Origin: Yuukianura sp. NJ FZ-2021
Taxonomy: Eukaryota
Length of the DNA stretch: 64,000 bases
NCBI GenBank assembly: GCA_046563655.1
Contig: CM102284.1
Span: 1,860,001-1,924,000, forward strand
Direction of reading: 5' to 3'
The first letter of the stretch is position 1. Each line of letters starts with the position of its first letter. Position numbers and translations under genes: made by a program. Shown here in pieces: positions 1 to 13,415 of this stretch. The notes below the pieces were generated by a model, which was not told the origin of the DNA, did not search any database, and saw only the letters and a program-made list of their open reading frames with translations.

Positions 1-103
1 AATTGTTGCGGTGAACCAGAGCTTCACAAATTGTAGTTACTGGATTTATAATCCACATTTTACTTCTCTTTTAGACTAGGGTGTGTATAACGTATATATC
101 GTA

Positions 104-724
104 TCATTTACTACATATACTACATTCGTATAACTTTATGTACCTTGTAACAGGTTGCCCAGACAGTTTTTGAAACAGGTTTGTAGACGTCCCATTTCTA
201 AGCACTGAGTTCTTGATTGTAATGTCTTTGACCCCAACACCCCGAAATTTCGAGACGTCAAGTTCCGTTCTAAGAGCATATAGTTTTGTGTAGTTAAAGT
301 AATGTTGAATATCGTAAGGAATATCGTAGGGGTACAACTCTTGATCATTGTAACTAAAACTTCCTCCCAATTCTGCGTTGACTGAAATATACATCTTGTC
401 CATATTTGTTGACGTAAAGAAGAAAGTACTATCCCAGAACTCTTCAGAAGAACTGTCAGAAAATGACCATTTTTTGCGTGTAATTCTAACAAAATCTAGA
501 TTTGGTAGTTCAAGTTTTTCTGAAAATTTTCCTTCCCAAACCACATCAGTAAACAATATACTAGTAAGGTTCACTGATTTTAACTGCGCAGTTAATTGTG
601 CAGGTTCAAATTCGACTTTTTTCAAATTCAATCCTGTGATGCGAGATTTGTTTGGGTATTTTATTTCGGTAAATTTTTCAAATGGATAATAGTCCAATTC
701 TCCAGCAATGACTAGGTCTTCATC
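104..724 (-). CDS. Internal exon of an uncharacterised gene that probably continues off the left edge (weakly LRR-like)
   Basis: 197-aa ORF extends in frame to a ttttag acceptor at about 725. LxxLxL-like spacing (ITGLNLKKV, LPNLDFVRIT). The upstream exons could not be joined in frame with confidence. Confidence 0.45.
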   Translation of the reverse strand, partial: DEDLVIAGELDYYPFEKFTEIKYPNKSRITGLNLKKVEFEPAQLTAQLKSVNLTSILFTDVVWEGKFSEKLELPNLDFVRITRKKWSFSDSSSEEFWDSTFFFTSTNMDKMYISVNAELGGSFSYNDQELYPYDIPYDIQHYFNYTKLYALRTELDVSKFRGVGVKDITIKNSVLRNGTSTNLFQKLSGQPVTRYIKLYECSICSK

Positions 725-1602
725 CTAAAATTAATATTCAGTTTAAAGTATAACAATTCAAAATATATATTATGTAAATATACAATATTACAATAACTCA
801 AATTTTGTAGTTGTAAAACTTTGACTTACTACTACAGTTTCTTGCAGAGAATTTACATATCCATCTAATATTAGAACAGTTACGACACAAATTTTGCTTA
901 GCGTCCCGTCCAACATTATTGCATTTACACAACTATTGAAATTTTGAGGAATTAACTCCAGCATGAATCAAAACGAGTTAAAGAATGACGGAAATTTTCC
1001 AAAGAAGCTTAACTAATTACCATGTCAAAACGAATAAAAAAAAATAAAAAAAAACTACTAATGGTATAAATTAATTAATCTGCACTTTTTTTTCTAAATA
1101 CTCACTTCTCGCTGCTTTAAAATCACTTTTTGCTGATGTTTCTACGTGAGGTCAGAGTGGTTTAGATTTCCTTCTGATTAGACGTTGGCTTCATTTTCAA
1201 AAAATAAAAAATTCGAAGCTCATCACTAATTAGAATACAATTAATGCAGTGGTCACGACGGAACAATACAAAGGCATTCCCTACGTTTTTCCTTTTTATA
1301 CCTTTATATCAGTAATATTTGCAACTACAGGTCACAGTTTAAAAAAAAAGTATACAAAAAAGCACGATTATTGAAAACTTACATCTCAACTGCAATCAAC
1401 ATTTCAAGTTAACGATTTTCATTTCGTTTTTTATTTCTCATTTTGATTTTTATTCCGAATTTTCTTCATTTTTTTTTTTGACTTTCTATAGCTTATAGGT
1501 TTTTTTATTTGTTCATGCGGTAATGTGCATAGTGTTTCAAGAACCAAATTTTAAGAAACAGTTTTTTTTTAAACTGAAGTAAAGTTCGTATCTTTCGAAC
1601 CT

Positions 1603-4600
1603 CTAAATATGGAATTGTTCAGTTGTAGTTTGGGCGTAGTGAAGCACATCTTGCGGCGTAACTGGCCCGTCTAATTGGTGTGGTTAAATTCAAGTATGAC
1701 TTTAATTGTGATTAACTTTTTTTAAGTATTTTATTATTGTACTATTTTTGTTTTTACCGATTTGATACCAATCTGTATTTCCGGCGTCTTTTCGAGCCGA
1801 GTCAATTGCATTCTTGAGAGCAAAGAGTACGCAAACGCTGGCAATGATTCCTGGTTCGCCAGTACCTGATGATATTTAAACAAAATATGTTATAATTACA
1901 TTTTAATAATACAATATATTTTAGTATATTATTTTTTCAAGGTCATTGACCTTTTGTGCCAAGAATCCCTTTGGGGTTAGGTCCGGAACTGAAGAGTTTG
2001 ACACGGAAGTCTTCCGGAATACATTTGGACTCCGGTACTTTGTAAGTCTAACATTTCAAAAAAAAAAAATGAAATTTTTGAAATTTTATAACTTCGGCTC
2101 AAAAATATGTTTATGATACTTACCCATGTGCGATTTGTTAACAGTTGACCTGTTTCTTTGTCATGCAACACTTGCTCAGATGTCCAAAGTCCCTGCGATG
2201 TGAAAATCATAATTCCAAAAAAAAAAAATTCAAATAAAATCATAAATGCAGTTTTTGAAGAAGTTTACAAAAAAAAAACATTTTTTACAAACATTTTTTA
2301 CATACAAAATTTTTTCTTTAAGTTTGGCGTATAAACATTGTGATTTCACCTGTCCCATAATGCATGCACCTTCAACTTGTCCAAGGTCAATAGCCGGGCT
2401 AATGGATTTTCCCGTATCCTCCAGGAGATCTACACGAGCAATCTTTAAAAAAATATTAATTGAACGTTTAGTTCAATTTTGGGTAACGTTTTAGAATATT
2501 TTCAAAATTTGCCTACCTTGTATTCTCCTGTCAACATGTCAACTTCCACTTCAGTTGCATTTGCCACCCAGACATCATAACCTTCCTTTCCATCTAACGG
2601 GCCGAACCTTAATTAAAACTTGAACTTATTAGCTATTCAAATACTAACTATTTATATAACTTATAATTAGTTTTAGACACTACTTATTGATATATATTAA
2701 TTAATCAACATTAACGTACATGTAGTGCGCAGACAAACTTTGATTGGCTTCGAAGAGGGCTTTAACGGACTCTTCCCACGTTGGATCAGGATTCTTCATT
2801 GTGCTTCTGACTGTATCTAGCCTTTCATTCAAAATTTGACATGCTCGTACAGCTCCCTAAACCATTTTTCAGAAATATTTATATAATATAATATGTTTTG
2901 TATATTTTGCATAATAATGCTTTTGTTTAGTTACACCTCATGTATTTTTGTGAACTTACAGCACAGCATGATTCACTGGTGATGGATCCTCCAGTCCACA
3001 AAGAGTTATTTCTGCATTCAAAAGTTCAATTAAATTCAAAAGTTCAACTTAAGATGAGCAATCATAAGATTTGTTTATAGGCTAATTTAAATTCTACAGT
3101 GTAACTATAATTAAATTAAGCTGAAATTTCCCTTACCCAATCAAATTGTCGCTGGGTTTAATTTTTACTTTGTCAATAGGAATTTGGAACTCGTGGGCAA
3201 CCGTTTGCGCCACCTAGTGATACACAAAAATAAGAAATTTTAAGGTCAGTTACCTTGAGTGATTGTGTATTGGCGAGGTCAACGACCTTGGGATAAGTAT
3301 TTACGGGGTCAGTGACCTCTACCTTAGTGTTTAGGCCTTGTCCAACTTCAGTTCCACCGTGACTCACTGACACTGTGCCGTCGAAGTGACTGATAGTCAC
3401 ATACACTGGGTATGAAGTACCGTAGTATGCAGTAGGAAATCGTACAGGAACTAAAGCAATTCCTCGCTTTTTCCACCGATTTTCAGCGTTGAATTTTTCA
3501 ACTTCATTTTTGCGCCGTTCATACTCAGACGATTTTTTGAGGTCGTCAATTAATCGGTAAATTAAAATTTCGTCCTCAATGAATGGTTCATTTGTTGGAA
3601 ACCTAAGATCCATCGGCCAAATCATGTTGGTCATGCGAACTTCTAGTGGATCCTTGTGTAGTGCATGCGCAATGTGCTCCATGATGTACTCAATTATTGC
3701 TCCCGCTTGCACCGATGCTAAATAAACAACAATCCGAAAGTAAGAAATCTGTACAAAATCTCAGGGCGCGAAAATTGTTTGGAATTATATCATTTGGAAA
3801 ACTTGCGAAAAGTTTCCGTTTTGAAAAAAAAAAACTTAGGAAAGTGAAGATTTCCAATTTGAAACTAGAAATATAAACATTTTAGGTTTAAAATTTTGAA
3901 GTTAAAATGTTTCTCAGAAACACGATGACAATAAAACTTTGAATTTGAAACGAATTCCCGCCATTTTGAAAAACTTACCTGGCGCTCTCATAAACGTATT
4001 TCCTGGCGTATTCGTTACAGCTCCTCCGATTTTGACTTCCCAATTTTGTGCGCGATAAACATTTTGAAAATGGTGTGGAAGGATTACAATTTCGGGTTCG
4101 TTCCCGAAACAACCAAGATCTTGAAATATTTCTGCCTTGAGGCTACCAATTCTTCCCGTATCGTCAAATCCAACGTCGTAATTTGCGAGATACGGCGGTC
4201 TTTTTCCAATCATTTCCAAATTTTGTTCTAAATCCAAAATTAGACGCACTGGACGATTTAATTTGTTTGCTGCAACGGCTCCAGCAGCCACAACGCATGA
4301 TGCGCGTGTAATTCTTGAACCAAATGAGCCACCGATTCTACGAACTGCAATGTTAATTCTGCAAAAATGAGCAAAATTGAAAAAATGTTCTTTTAGCAAT
4401 GCTAAGGTTGTGATGCTTTTTCATACTAAAAAGTTGGTATTAACTTACGAATTTACTGGAATGCCTAAGGCGCCTGCTACGACGTTTACGGTGTGATCCA
4501 TCCATTGCGTTCCACAGTAAATTGTCATTCCATCTTCCATTGGAATGCAAAGACATCCTTGTGTCTCCAAGTGAAAGTGTGCTTGACCGCCAATTTTGAA

Positions 4601-7600
4601 TTGACCTTTGACCTGATGCCTGACCTCGACTTTTGAAATTCCTTCTTGATCAATGCTTGTAGTAGTTGACATGATGAGGCTGTCGCGTGCTCCGTTATCC
4701 TCAGCTTGTTTAATTGCATCTTCCAAGTCAATCAATGGCTTTTGGATTTCTTCGTATTCGATTCGCATTTTTCGCATGCCTGCGACTGCTGCTTCACGCG
4801 TTTCGGCTAAGATCAATCCTATTGGCTGTCCAGCGTAACCAACTTCCTTCTCAAGAAAAATCTGTACACAAAATAACAAAGTATTTCTTATAAAATATTG
4901 CTGCTTGTTCAATTTCATCAACAATTTCGATTGCCTCTCAACTTTTTTAAACAAAAATAAGTTAACCTCTCAACAGTTTATAGCGTAAATTGTGCAATTA
5001 CCGGTTCGACAGCAGTTTGTGGGAAAAATCCAGATGGTAGTGCATCGTTCTTAGCTGGCACGTCTGTCGCACTAACAAATTCTACGACTCCAGGAATTCT
5101 CTATTGTCAAAAAATAATTTTTGTTAAATTAGGTTATGATATTTTGAAATGAGTTTTCGAAAATAGTTTTTCAAATTTTGGGGATACAAGATTCATGAAA
5201 TTCCTTCTATACCAAAGCTTCTCTGGAGTCAATTGATTTTATTTTTGCTTTTGCAACTGTCGTTAGCACAAAAACTGCAATCAGTTCTCTGTTCTGTTTT
5301 GGAATGTCGTTTAAGTATTCCGCTTGTCCTGTAAAATACAATCATAAATTAGTTCTTGAATTTAAAGCAAATCCTCTGAAATGTTAAATAGTAGTTTCGA
5401 AAACATTCTGTCCGTGGAGAATTATCCGCCGACAAAGGACCTGCCGACAACATTGCGGTGGCTTTTTAAGCTACGCGAATATTTACCAAATTGTTTGAAT
5501 TTTTTAAAAACATTTCTTTGAATTTTTCTTCAATTTTTATTTTTAAAAAATACCTGTTGTTTGTTGGGGTGCTTCCACTTTTTTTGTTGTTCCGTAAAGT
5601 TCGTTGTCTTTATTTTGAGTTTCATATCGTGGTTGACCAGAGCTTAGTAATCGTGGAATTTTTTCAGCTCCAGATTTCAACCTGTTAGGAACAGCATCTC
5701 CAAGTAGTTCCAAGTAAAACTGGAACAACAACAAATGAAGACAAATCAAAATTTCGTTTCATAAAAAGTAATTTCAGTTTTTTTTTACTTTGTAAAATAG
5801 AGATTTTGGCAAAAGCTTTCTATATGCAATTGAGCCATCAACTTTTCTGATGTCAGGTTGAATTTCTTTGTCTAAAATTGCTAAAGCGTCTTTCAAAACT
5901 TTCGTGCTGGTCAGGTCCGTCCCGGGTCCAAAAAATGCTTCCGTAGCCGACGCATGAGTCTAAAAAAAAGTTTCAAAAAAAAAATTAAAAAATTGTTTTA
6001 AATCTTTTTTTTAAATCCTTACAAATGAACTCGCGATTCCTCCAAAAACAATTCTTGGTTTTTCTACAACTTTTATGCCACTTGAACGATCCAACTTAAA
6101 CAAAAATCCTGCGTTTACATAGGCATGTGCGTTTTGATAGCGACGTGTGATCTGTTAAAATATCAAAATGACAAAAATTATGGAAAAAAATTGATGCTTC
6201 AAAATTGGAAAGTATTTTACTCGCTTTTGGATTTTGAAACTTATTGATAGTGTTTTAGTTGCTACCTTGAAACTGTTGAAAACGTAACCATTTTTCCGTT
6301 GAGGAATGTGAATAGACAAAATCACTTTTCCGTACATGTCGATGTTTAAAAATTCAAACATTGTGAACAATTTTGGTGATTCGTCAGCAGAACCTATCGA
6401 ATTTTTTTATAACAACGTCATGTAAGCGGTCCAACTCATGTAATATTTTCGTATCCATTTAAAGTACTTACCAATTCGAATCCTGGCGCCCGCTGATTCC
6501 ATTAAAACGAAAATGTCCGACGGAAACTCTTTATGTGCATGCTTCAACATTAGGTTTCCCGCCAGCGTTCCTCTCTGCACGTAAAACAATAGAAAAAATT
6601 CTATAATTTTCAGAAATCAAACTTTTCATTTTATTTTTGAAAAGTTACGTTTCGAACTGCAACGTTTGCAACTCGTTCAATGTGTGTAGCAATTTTGTGG
6701 CTAAAAGTGACCACTTCCTGTGCCTGTTTTGAATTCAAAATTTCAATAGTTTCCGAAAGTGTAACTCCGCCTCCAAGTGTAATTCCAGTTGCATCGATTG
6801 TCCACTTTTTCAGTTCCTGAACGTTACCCAAATCCACATACACAGCATACGGACCATCGTTTTTGTATACACCTAATGTACAAAATTGGAAGAAAAAAAA
6901 ATTATAGTTTCATTGCGTTGAAGAATTGTTGATTTTGAATTTTACCAGTTCCAGTATTTCCAGCCACAAGCCGATACTTTGTTTGTGTCGATTGCAGTTT
7001 TTGTAAAATTTCGAGAACTTGAGGAATTCCTGACGGAGTTGTCCATCTTTCTCCGTTTGCAAATTCCAGATTGGAAGTTCCGGTGAAAACAGCTCTGGAG
7101 CACTTTGCGTTGCAGGCGCCACAGTTAAACGTACATCGTAAGATTTTTGCTGAATCCTGTTTTGTGTAAAAAAAAAGCAGGAAAAAACTGGTTTATTGCA
7201 CATGCGCAATTTCAAAAAGTTTTCGTTCATACCTCAATGTCCGTGGTACAACGGCTTTTGATTTCTTCTGACACGTCGGAAGTTAGTGACTTAAATGCAT
7301 CCAGTATCGGTCTGTAGCCAGTGCATCTACAAATATTTCCATCCAGCATCTTCTCCACTTCGGCACTGCTCAACTTGTCTCCCTTGGATTCCATAAGACT
7401 AAAAAGGAGTCAAACAAAAATTTTAGAACATTATCAAAATTTTGAAAAATCAGTTTTTTAATCAAATTTTTTAAAGGATAACCTATGCATGCTCATGACC
7501 ATTCCTGCTGTACAGAATCCACACTGTGACGCGTGGTAGTCCACCATTCGCTTTTGAATAGGGTGAAGCCCATCTTTCTTATTTCCAAGTCCTTCAACTG

Positions 7601-8046
7601 TTGCGATGTTCCAGCCGTCACAACTCAACAATGGTACGAGGCACTATATATTAAGAGTAAATTTTAAAAATTTCGAAAAAAAAAAATACAAAAAAATTCT
7701 TCCTAAAATGAGATTTTATAACTTACAGAGTTAACAGCCTTGACACTTTGGCCACCAGTGACCGAACTTGGTGATTTTACGGAGACGACGCATGCGCCGC
7801 AACCGCCTTCTCGGCACACAACTTTGGTTCCGGTCAACCGCGCTTCATTTCGAATAAAATCAACTAGACGAGCGTCTGGACTGCACTGGATTGTCTTAAC
7901 TATTCCCAAGTTTTTTGAAAACAGAAACAGTTTTCAAAAATTTTATTAAAATTTCATAAAAAAAATTCTTAAAAAGAAAACTCTTGAAAACTTTTGAACT
8001 TACCTTGATACGGATTTCCATTGATGAAAAAATTGATTGTTTCCAT
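1603..8046 (-). CDS. Aldehyde oxidase / xanthine dehydrogenase family molybdo-flavoenzyme (about 25 exons), AOX-like
   Basis: ATG at 8046 (METINFFING). 2Fe-2S motifs GTKVVCREGGCGAC and SQCGFCTAG. FAD domain RNV..GTLAGNL. Moco motifs GGQAHFHLETQ, GGSFGSR, FMRAPG, GGTEVGQGLNTK and GTGEPG (catalytic Glu kept). Last exon DGPVTPQDVLHYAQTTTEQFHI*. GGSFGSRI replaces the XDH motif GGGFGGKE, which favours AOX. Confidence 0.93.
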
Positions 8047-9076
8047 TGTTTTGTTTCTTTTCAAATTAAAGTCAGGAGACATAAAACAACAAAACTCAGA
8101 TTTTCAAAATTTTCCTCCAGTTGAAAACGAAACATGAACTTAAAGTCAACTTAAATTTTTTTTTAATCTGAGAATCTTGATTGAAAATTATTACCGATTT
8201 CGCCTATACTCTTTTCTTTTTTTTGGTTTGAAGCACAAGTCTTCAACAATATTTGAGTTGTGTACGTCGGACCCACACTTGATGATTAGTAGCTCAAAAT
8301 ATACAACACAATTAGGAGTTTTAGCAATTCAAAAGAAACTGGTTTAGTAACAACTTTTAGTATGAGACAGTTTAGTTTGCACAAATTTTTTTTGAAAAAT
8401 GTCCTTGTGCAAATAATTGGCAACTTAAGTTGCCTGTATCCCTGCAAGTACGTGATACATGTTCTTTATTTTTATGTTAAAAAAATAAGTTAATGGCGTG
8501 TACAGAATTGGCGGTTCTACAAGGACACCTAGTTTTTACATTGCGAATTGACTTTACTAAAATGGAGATTTTCAAAACGTCAGGGTGTGGTTCTCTTATG
8601 CAAGAAGTCAATTTTTTAACATAAATATTGTTTCATTAACATTAAATTAAAATAAATTATACTTTAAACTAAACCGACTTATAACTAAAAGTCCAAATTC
8701 GTTAAACTCACTTGTTCCTCGATACTTTTAGTTTCTGAACAACTTAGAACTCCAAAAAAATGACTTTCTAAAAGGAGTTTTTCTAAGACGCAGAACTCAA
8801 TTTACTCCAATTTCTTTGCGAATTCAAGTTGCAGAAATTTTTGTTGTAACTTTTTAACAACTTTTCCGTGACTTGCTAATAGGGAAAACCTTACAGTTTT
8901 TTTTACCGCAGTCTTACTAATGTTGGTGAATAAGTTAAAATTTGCGAAATTGGGAAGCAACTTCCTCCCCTAGCACATATTTAAGTATATTTCAGTTTAT
9001 GTGTTTTATTTATTCTATTTAATTTTGTTATATAAATTATGTATAATGCATAGTATTAAATGATAAGTTTGTAAAT

Positions 9077-9711
9077 TTAAGATGTTGGGTAACTGGCTCC
9101 AGCAACTTTGAAACCTTTGATTTTGTTTTTGAGTTGCTTGAACATTCGATCCATGCCTTTGAAATTGTCAGACCAAACGGCACTGATTTTTTTAAGATGC
9201 TCAGTTGAGTTTTTCACAATTTCAATTTTGGTAGCCAAAGGACCCAGTCGACTGTGAATTATTTTGGTTAAGCCCATGTAGTGATCAAAAGTGTTTTCAA
9301 CGCTGGAAATCTTGTTCACATTGTTAGCTGATTGTTGAAGGCAGCTCACTAAAAGAATAAGGTATACTCAATGTCACGGATTTAAAAATTGTAAACCAAC
9401 TTTTCAACGAGTTTTTGATTGGCACATGTCGCAAGTGTCACAACTTTAAATTAGCAAAACTTGTAGTACAACATTACCAACTCTCTTGTTGAAGGCTGTA
9501 AGTTGTGTTTGATAGACAGCCGGGCTCTAGAAATTTAAAAACGAAATTAAACTCAATAAAAAATGACTTTGATTCTTACTTAATTTTTTTGTACACTTGT
9601 TGTTGTAGTTGCTCCAGTTGAGTTGATTATGCAGCAAAACAACATGAGTATTGCACTCGCAGTAAAACTTTGAAGATTCTTTCGACATTGCACACCTCTA
9701 TGAAAAGCCAT
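9077..9711 (-). CDS. Secreted predicted coiled-coil protein, paralog P1 (145 aa, 3 exons)
   Basis: Exons 9595-9711, 9478-9526 and 9077-9348 join in frame (intron phases 0, 1). Hydrophobic N-terminus and C-terminal WSDNFKGMDRMFKQLK motif. The first donor (gtacaa) is weak. Confidence 0.75.
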
Positions 9712-10273
9712 GACAAAACGTGGAATTGAAAACCAAAGTTTTTGCTCAATTTTACAGATAAGCAGACTCGAATTATTGAAATTTTAGCAACCGTGACTTT
9801 ATTTCTTCAACCAAAATAAAATTTTTAATCAGTACACCTTTTGTGATCAGTTCAGCCACAATAGTTTTGCGAACAATACGTTTTGAGTTTGGACAAATTG
9901 GCAGTTCCGACGTCGCCATGGACATGCGATGCAAAATTGAGTTTTTCAGGAAACCAATGCCACGATAATCCTTTTGTTATTGAAAAAGTTAATGCGTGTA
10001 CTTACTATTAGTTTTGAATTCCATATTTTACAAAAATTTTTGAATAACAATTATTGAACATTAAAATTTCAAAAAAAAACGCTCAACAATTTCCTGTTTT
10101 GTACTCAAACACATGGATATTGGACAATACCATTTCATTAAAGTTATTTATACAAATTATTTTACAACTTGAATTAAATATATTTTTACATACAAAACGT
10201 TTCCAAATTTTGGTTTGCATGACCTGAGTCTGTGGTAACTGCAAATTACAACGCGAGTATTCAAAAAAAAACT

Positions 10274-11119
10274 TCAAAAAATGAGAAGCGCAGAAAATAT
10301 GGATTCGATCCCATGATCGCGCATTGTCGTTGGATCTTCATTTTCTTCCCTTCGAATAATTGGCATTGCGAGGAGCATAATGAAGTTTATGAAAATAAAA
10401 TCAATTCCAAATGCAAGAATCATCCAATCCGGTTCGTAACCGGCAATGAAAATGGCGCCAGCGATAACCAATAACAAGAAACTCAAAATCAGTTGACTCA
10501 GCATCCACATTTTGGCAAAATAACTTAGCTGCAAAAAAGAACAAAAACATTTTCAAGTCCAAAAGGAATCTTAAACTATGAAATTCAAAAACTTTGATTT
10601 TTTTTTAAATTTTGAGTTTACATCGTCTCTTATGCAAATAGTGATGAGGAATGCCAGTGAAGCTAACGACTGAAGACATCCAGTGGCTACTCCCATGGAA
10701 GCTGCAGCGTACCAAATTGGCAGAGAATTGGTCATCCCACCATCAAAATTTGGATCATCGTATTTCAAAATTACCGGGTCAAGTCGAATTTCAATTTCAA
10801 GGTCACCGTGGACTATTGCAAAAATTTCAAGTAAGGCAAACGCTGCGGTGACTCCACCTGCAATCTTACAACGCACAAAATTTAAAATTTGTGAAATTCC
10901 ATGGTGCTAGCACAATATATTGAAATCTACTCAAAATTCTTGAAATTTTCTTTTTCGAAAACAAGATATTACCATAGAAATAAACGTTAACGGCCCTAAA
11001 GTATTAGTAATCGTGAAGCAATCGCAGACTCTTTGTGCCTCACACGCATCATCGCTCACAACAGGTTTCCTGCTGCTTGTGCTAGTAATGGAACTTTGCC
11101 TCGCTGATGTTGGCGGCAT
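10274..11119 (-). CDS. Uncharacterised protein with about four transmembrane segments (214 aa, 3 exons)
   Basis: Exons 10973-11119, 10622-10864 and 10274-10528 join in phase 0. Four long hydrophobic stretches follow a Ser-rich N-terminus. Confidence 0.7.
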
Positions 11120-11602
11120 ATTTTCAAAATTTTGAAAAACTTGGAACACGAAACAAAACAAAAAGTTCATGAAAAGTTAAACTACAACTAGTCCATAATT
11201 CTAATATAATTCTAAATTTGGTGAATTTAGGAAGTTGCGGTAAACCAAATCACAAAAACCAACTTAACCCATTAAATAAGCAAAATAAGCATAAACAACG
11301 CAACTCCTTCATATAGTACTAATGTAATAAGCAGTTTTTGTTTAAATTTAGTCTCCTTCACACTAATTCGTTTCCTTTCAAACGAGAATGCGACGCATTC
11401 TTGCTGGGGCTCCGCCCCAGAACGATTCTGAGCTAATAAGATTTGATGCGATCACTCACTCAACGAACTTACAAACTTACATTGTTTATTACACCACATT
11501 TATTTATTATTATACTATTTATTATTATTATTGCATATTATAATCTACCATTTTATTTTGTTTGTTACTCTGATGCTACAGGTTGAATATGGGATGAGAA
11601 CT

Positions 11603-13415
11603 CTAGCGTCTAAATGTGAGTAGCAAATCGGCTAGCCTGAGTACCATAAATTGACACAATGAAGGGAATGTTTCTCTTGAGACTGAATGTGTAACTACGG
11701 AAACTGCAAGTGGCCTGATAGTTCTGGACATTTTGTTATAGTAGGAGTGATTGCGTCTGTGCTGGGATTTAACCCTGCCGAATTCCATCCGATACACCAG
11801 TGAAGATGAGTACAACTGCGCCGGGAAGGTGCAAGTTTCTTGGAGCATGGACAGACCTACTACGTTTAAAGCAATTCCGCTCAGGGCCATTATGAATCCA
11901 AAATACTCGAAGCAGTAGACGAAACCAAATGCAAGCAATGGGAGGAGGCTCGTCACTTCGTACATGAATATTGCCGACCAGTTTTGAAGGTCACATGAAA
12001 TACGGTTTACCACGACCTGCAACGCACGGTATAGCAATGCCTTCTGCTCAGGCTGATTCCACATGTCGGTTGCTTCCGAGCGACGTCTGTATTGAAAGTT
12101 CAAAGTTACTTAGAGGTATGGGTGTAAATCCGGATATAAATCCGGATTTTTGACGGATTCGGATTCTTCTATAAATCCGGGTTTCAAAAAAATGGAATCC
12201 GGATTTTGACGGATTTTTCGATCCATTTGAGGCTACGAACAATTGAAAAATAGACGTCAAAAACTAACAAATTGAGTTTAAATAAAAAATGTTTTTCAAA
12301 TTAAGTTAAATCAAAAAGTAACATTCCTGATGTCCACAATCAACTTTTTTCGGTACTTGGAGTTTAAAACCAACGTTGTTCATAATTTTGAAAAACTAAA
12401 AAAAAATCTTATGGGAAATACAATGTATTCTGAAATCCGGATTTAAATCCGGATTTTTTAATAAAAATCCGTCAAAATCCGAAATCCGGATTTCGAGAAA
12501 GCCGTGACGGATTTACACCCCTACTTAGAGGTCAACGACCTTTGAATATACTTACTGCAGTATACCGCAATATATACTTACCGCAATTGGTCCAGAATGT
12601 TACAGCACCAGTTTGGAATTACAAATAGGTAGAAGATGTGAGCAAAACAGTAGAGGTCGAGGACAGCCACCATTGACTGGGTCATTGTAAGAATGAATAT
12701 GCCTATAACGGAGTTGTATTCAAAAAAGGCGCCAAACATTTGTTGCAACTTAACGAATGCTGGAATTTCACGTTCCATGACCATGCCAGTCAATGCCATT
12801 GGCATTGCAAGTGCTCCGAAAGCTCCTATGAATGTTGCTCGTTCCAAAAATGTTTCCAGCCCGTCCTTTTCAGAAAAATTCCATCCGTACACATTTTCTT
12901 GGAAGAAGAGAAAATGAAAAGTTTATGAATTCAAACTTTTTAGTATACTTTAAGCATTGCGTATGTTTTAGTATTTATTTGTTTTGAGAGTGAATACCTA
13001 AGCATGACATCAACTCTGAAAGATTTTGTAACAAGTGGTATGTCAAGTTCCGATACTTGAAAGTGAATATTTGAAGAGAAGTACAAACGCCAATGAACGA
13101 TACAGCTACGGCTATGAATGCTCTATTGTGCGGGTTTGAATTCGGACCGATCTGCCCATAGCGTACCAAGAACGTAATAAATGAGCAGTGAAATAAAATT
13201 AGTGCCATCATTCCACAGAAGGAAATCCATTTTCGGTATTTCGTGCTGGGCAAAATTTTAATTGTACAGGTTGGATGACCATTGACCTCTTTGCTCTTTT
13301 TTGGGTTTTTGGTTGTAATAGGATGGGCTACTAACATAACCTTGAAAGGTGAAATGCATGTGTAGTAGCCAATATTCAGAATATTTTTGAGCCAAATAAG
13401 AGTAAACGTAGACAT
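11603..13415 (-). CDS. Gustatory/odorant receptor-like multi-TM chemoreceptor (405 aa, 3 exons)
   Basis: Exons 12998-13415, 12582-12897 and 11603-12086 join in frame. About seven hydrophobic segments, and a C-terminus RPLAVSV...RETFPSLCQFMV..LADLLLTF resembling the hexapod GR/OR last-TM region. Confidence 0.7.
12117..12523. mobile_element. hAT-type MITE (407 bp) in chemoreceptor intron 2
   Basis: TIRs tatgggtgtaaatccg / cggatttacaccccta (1 mismatch). Perfect 8-bp TSD cttagagg at 12109-12116 and 12524-12531. Multiple subterminal aaatccgga repeats. Confidence 0.92.

Noticed and set aside
1603-8046. Calling the gene xanthine dehydrogenase (rosy)
   Set aside because: The XDH substrate-binding Glu in GGGFGGKE is absent (GGSFGSRI), so AOX-like is the safer call.
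12120-12520. Recurring aaatccgga repeats as a CRISPR-like array
   Set aside because: The repeats are about 9 bp, irregularly spaced, in both orientations and bounded by TIRs and a TSD. They are MITE subterminal repeats, and there are no cas genes.
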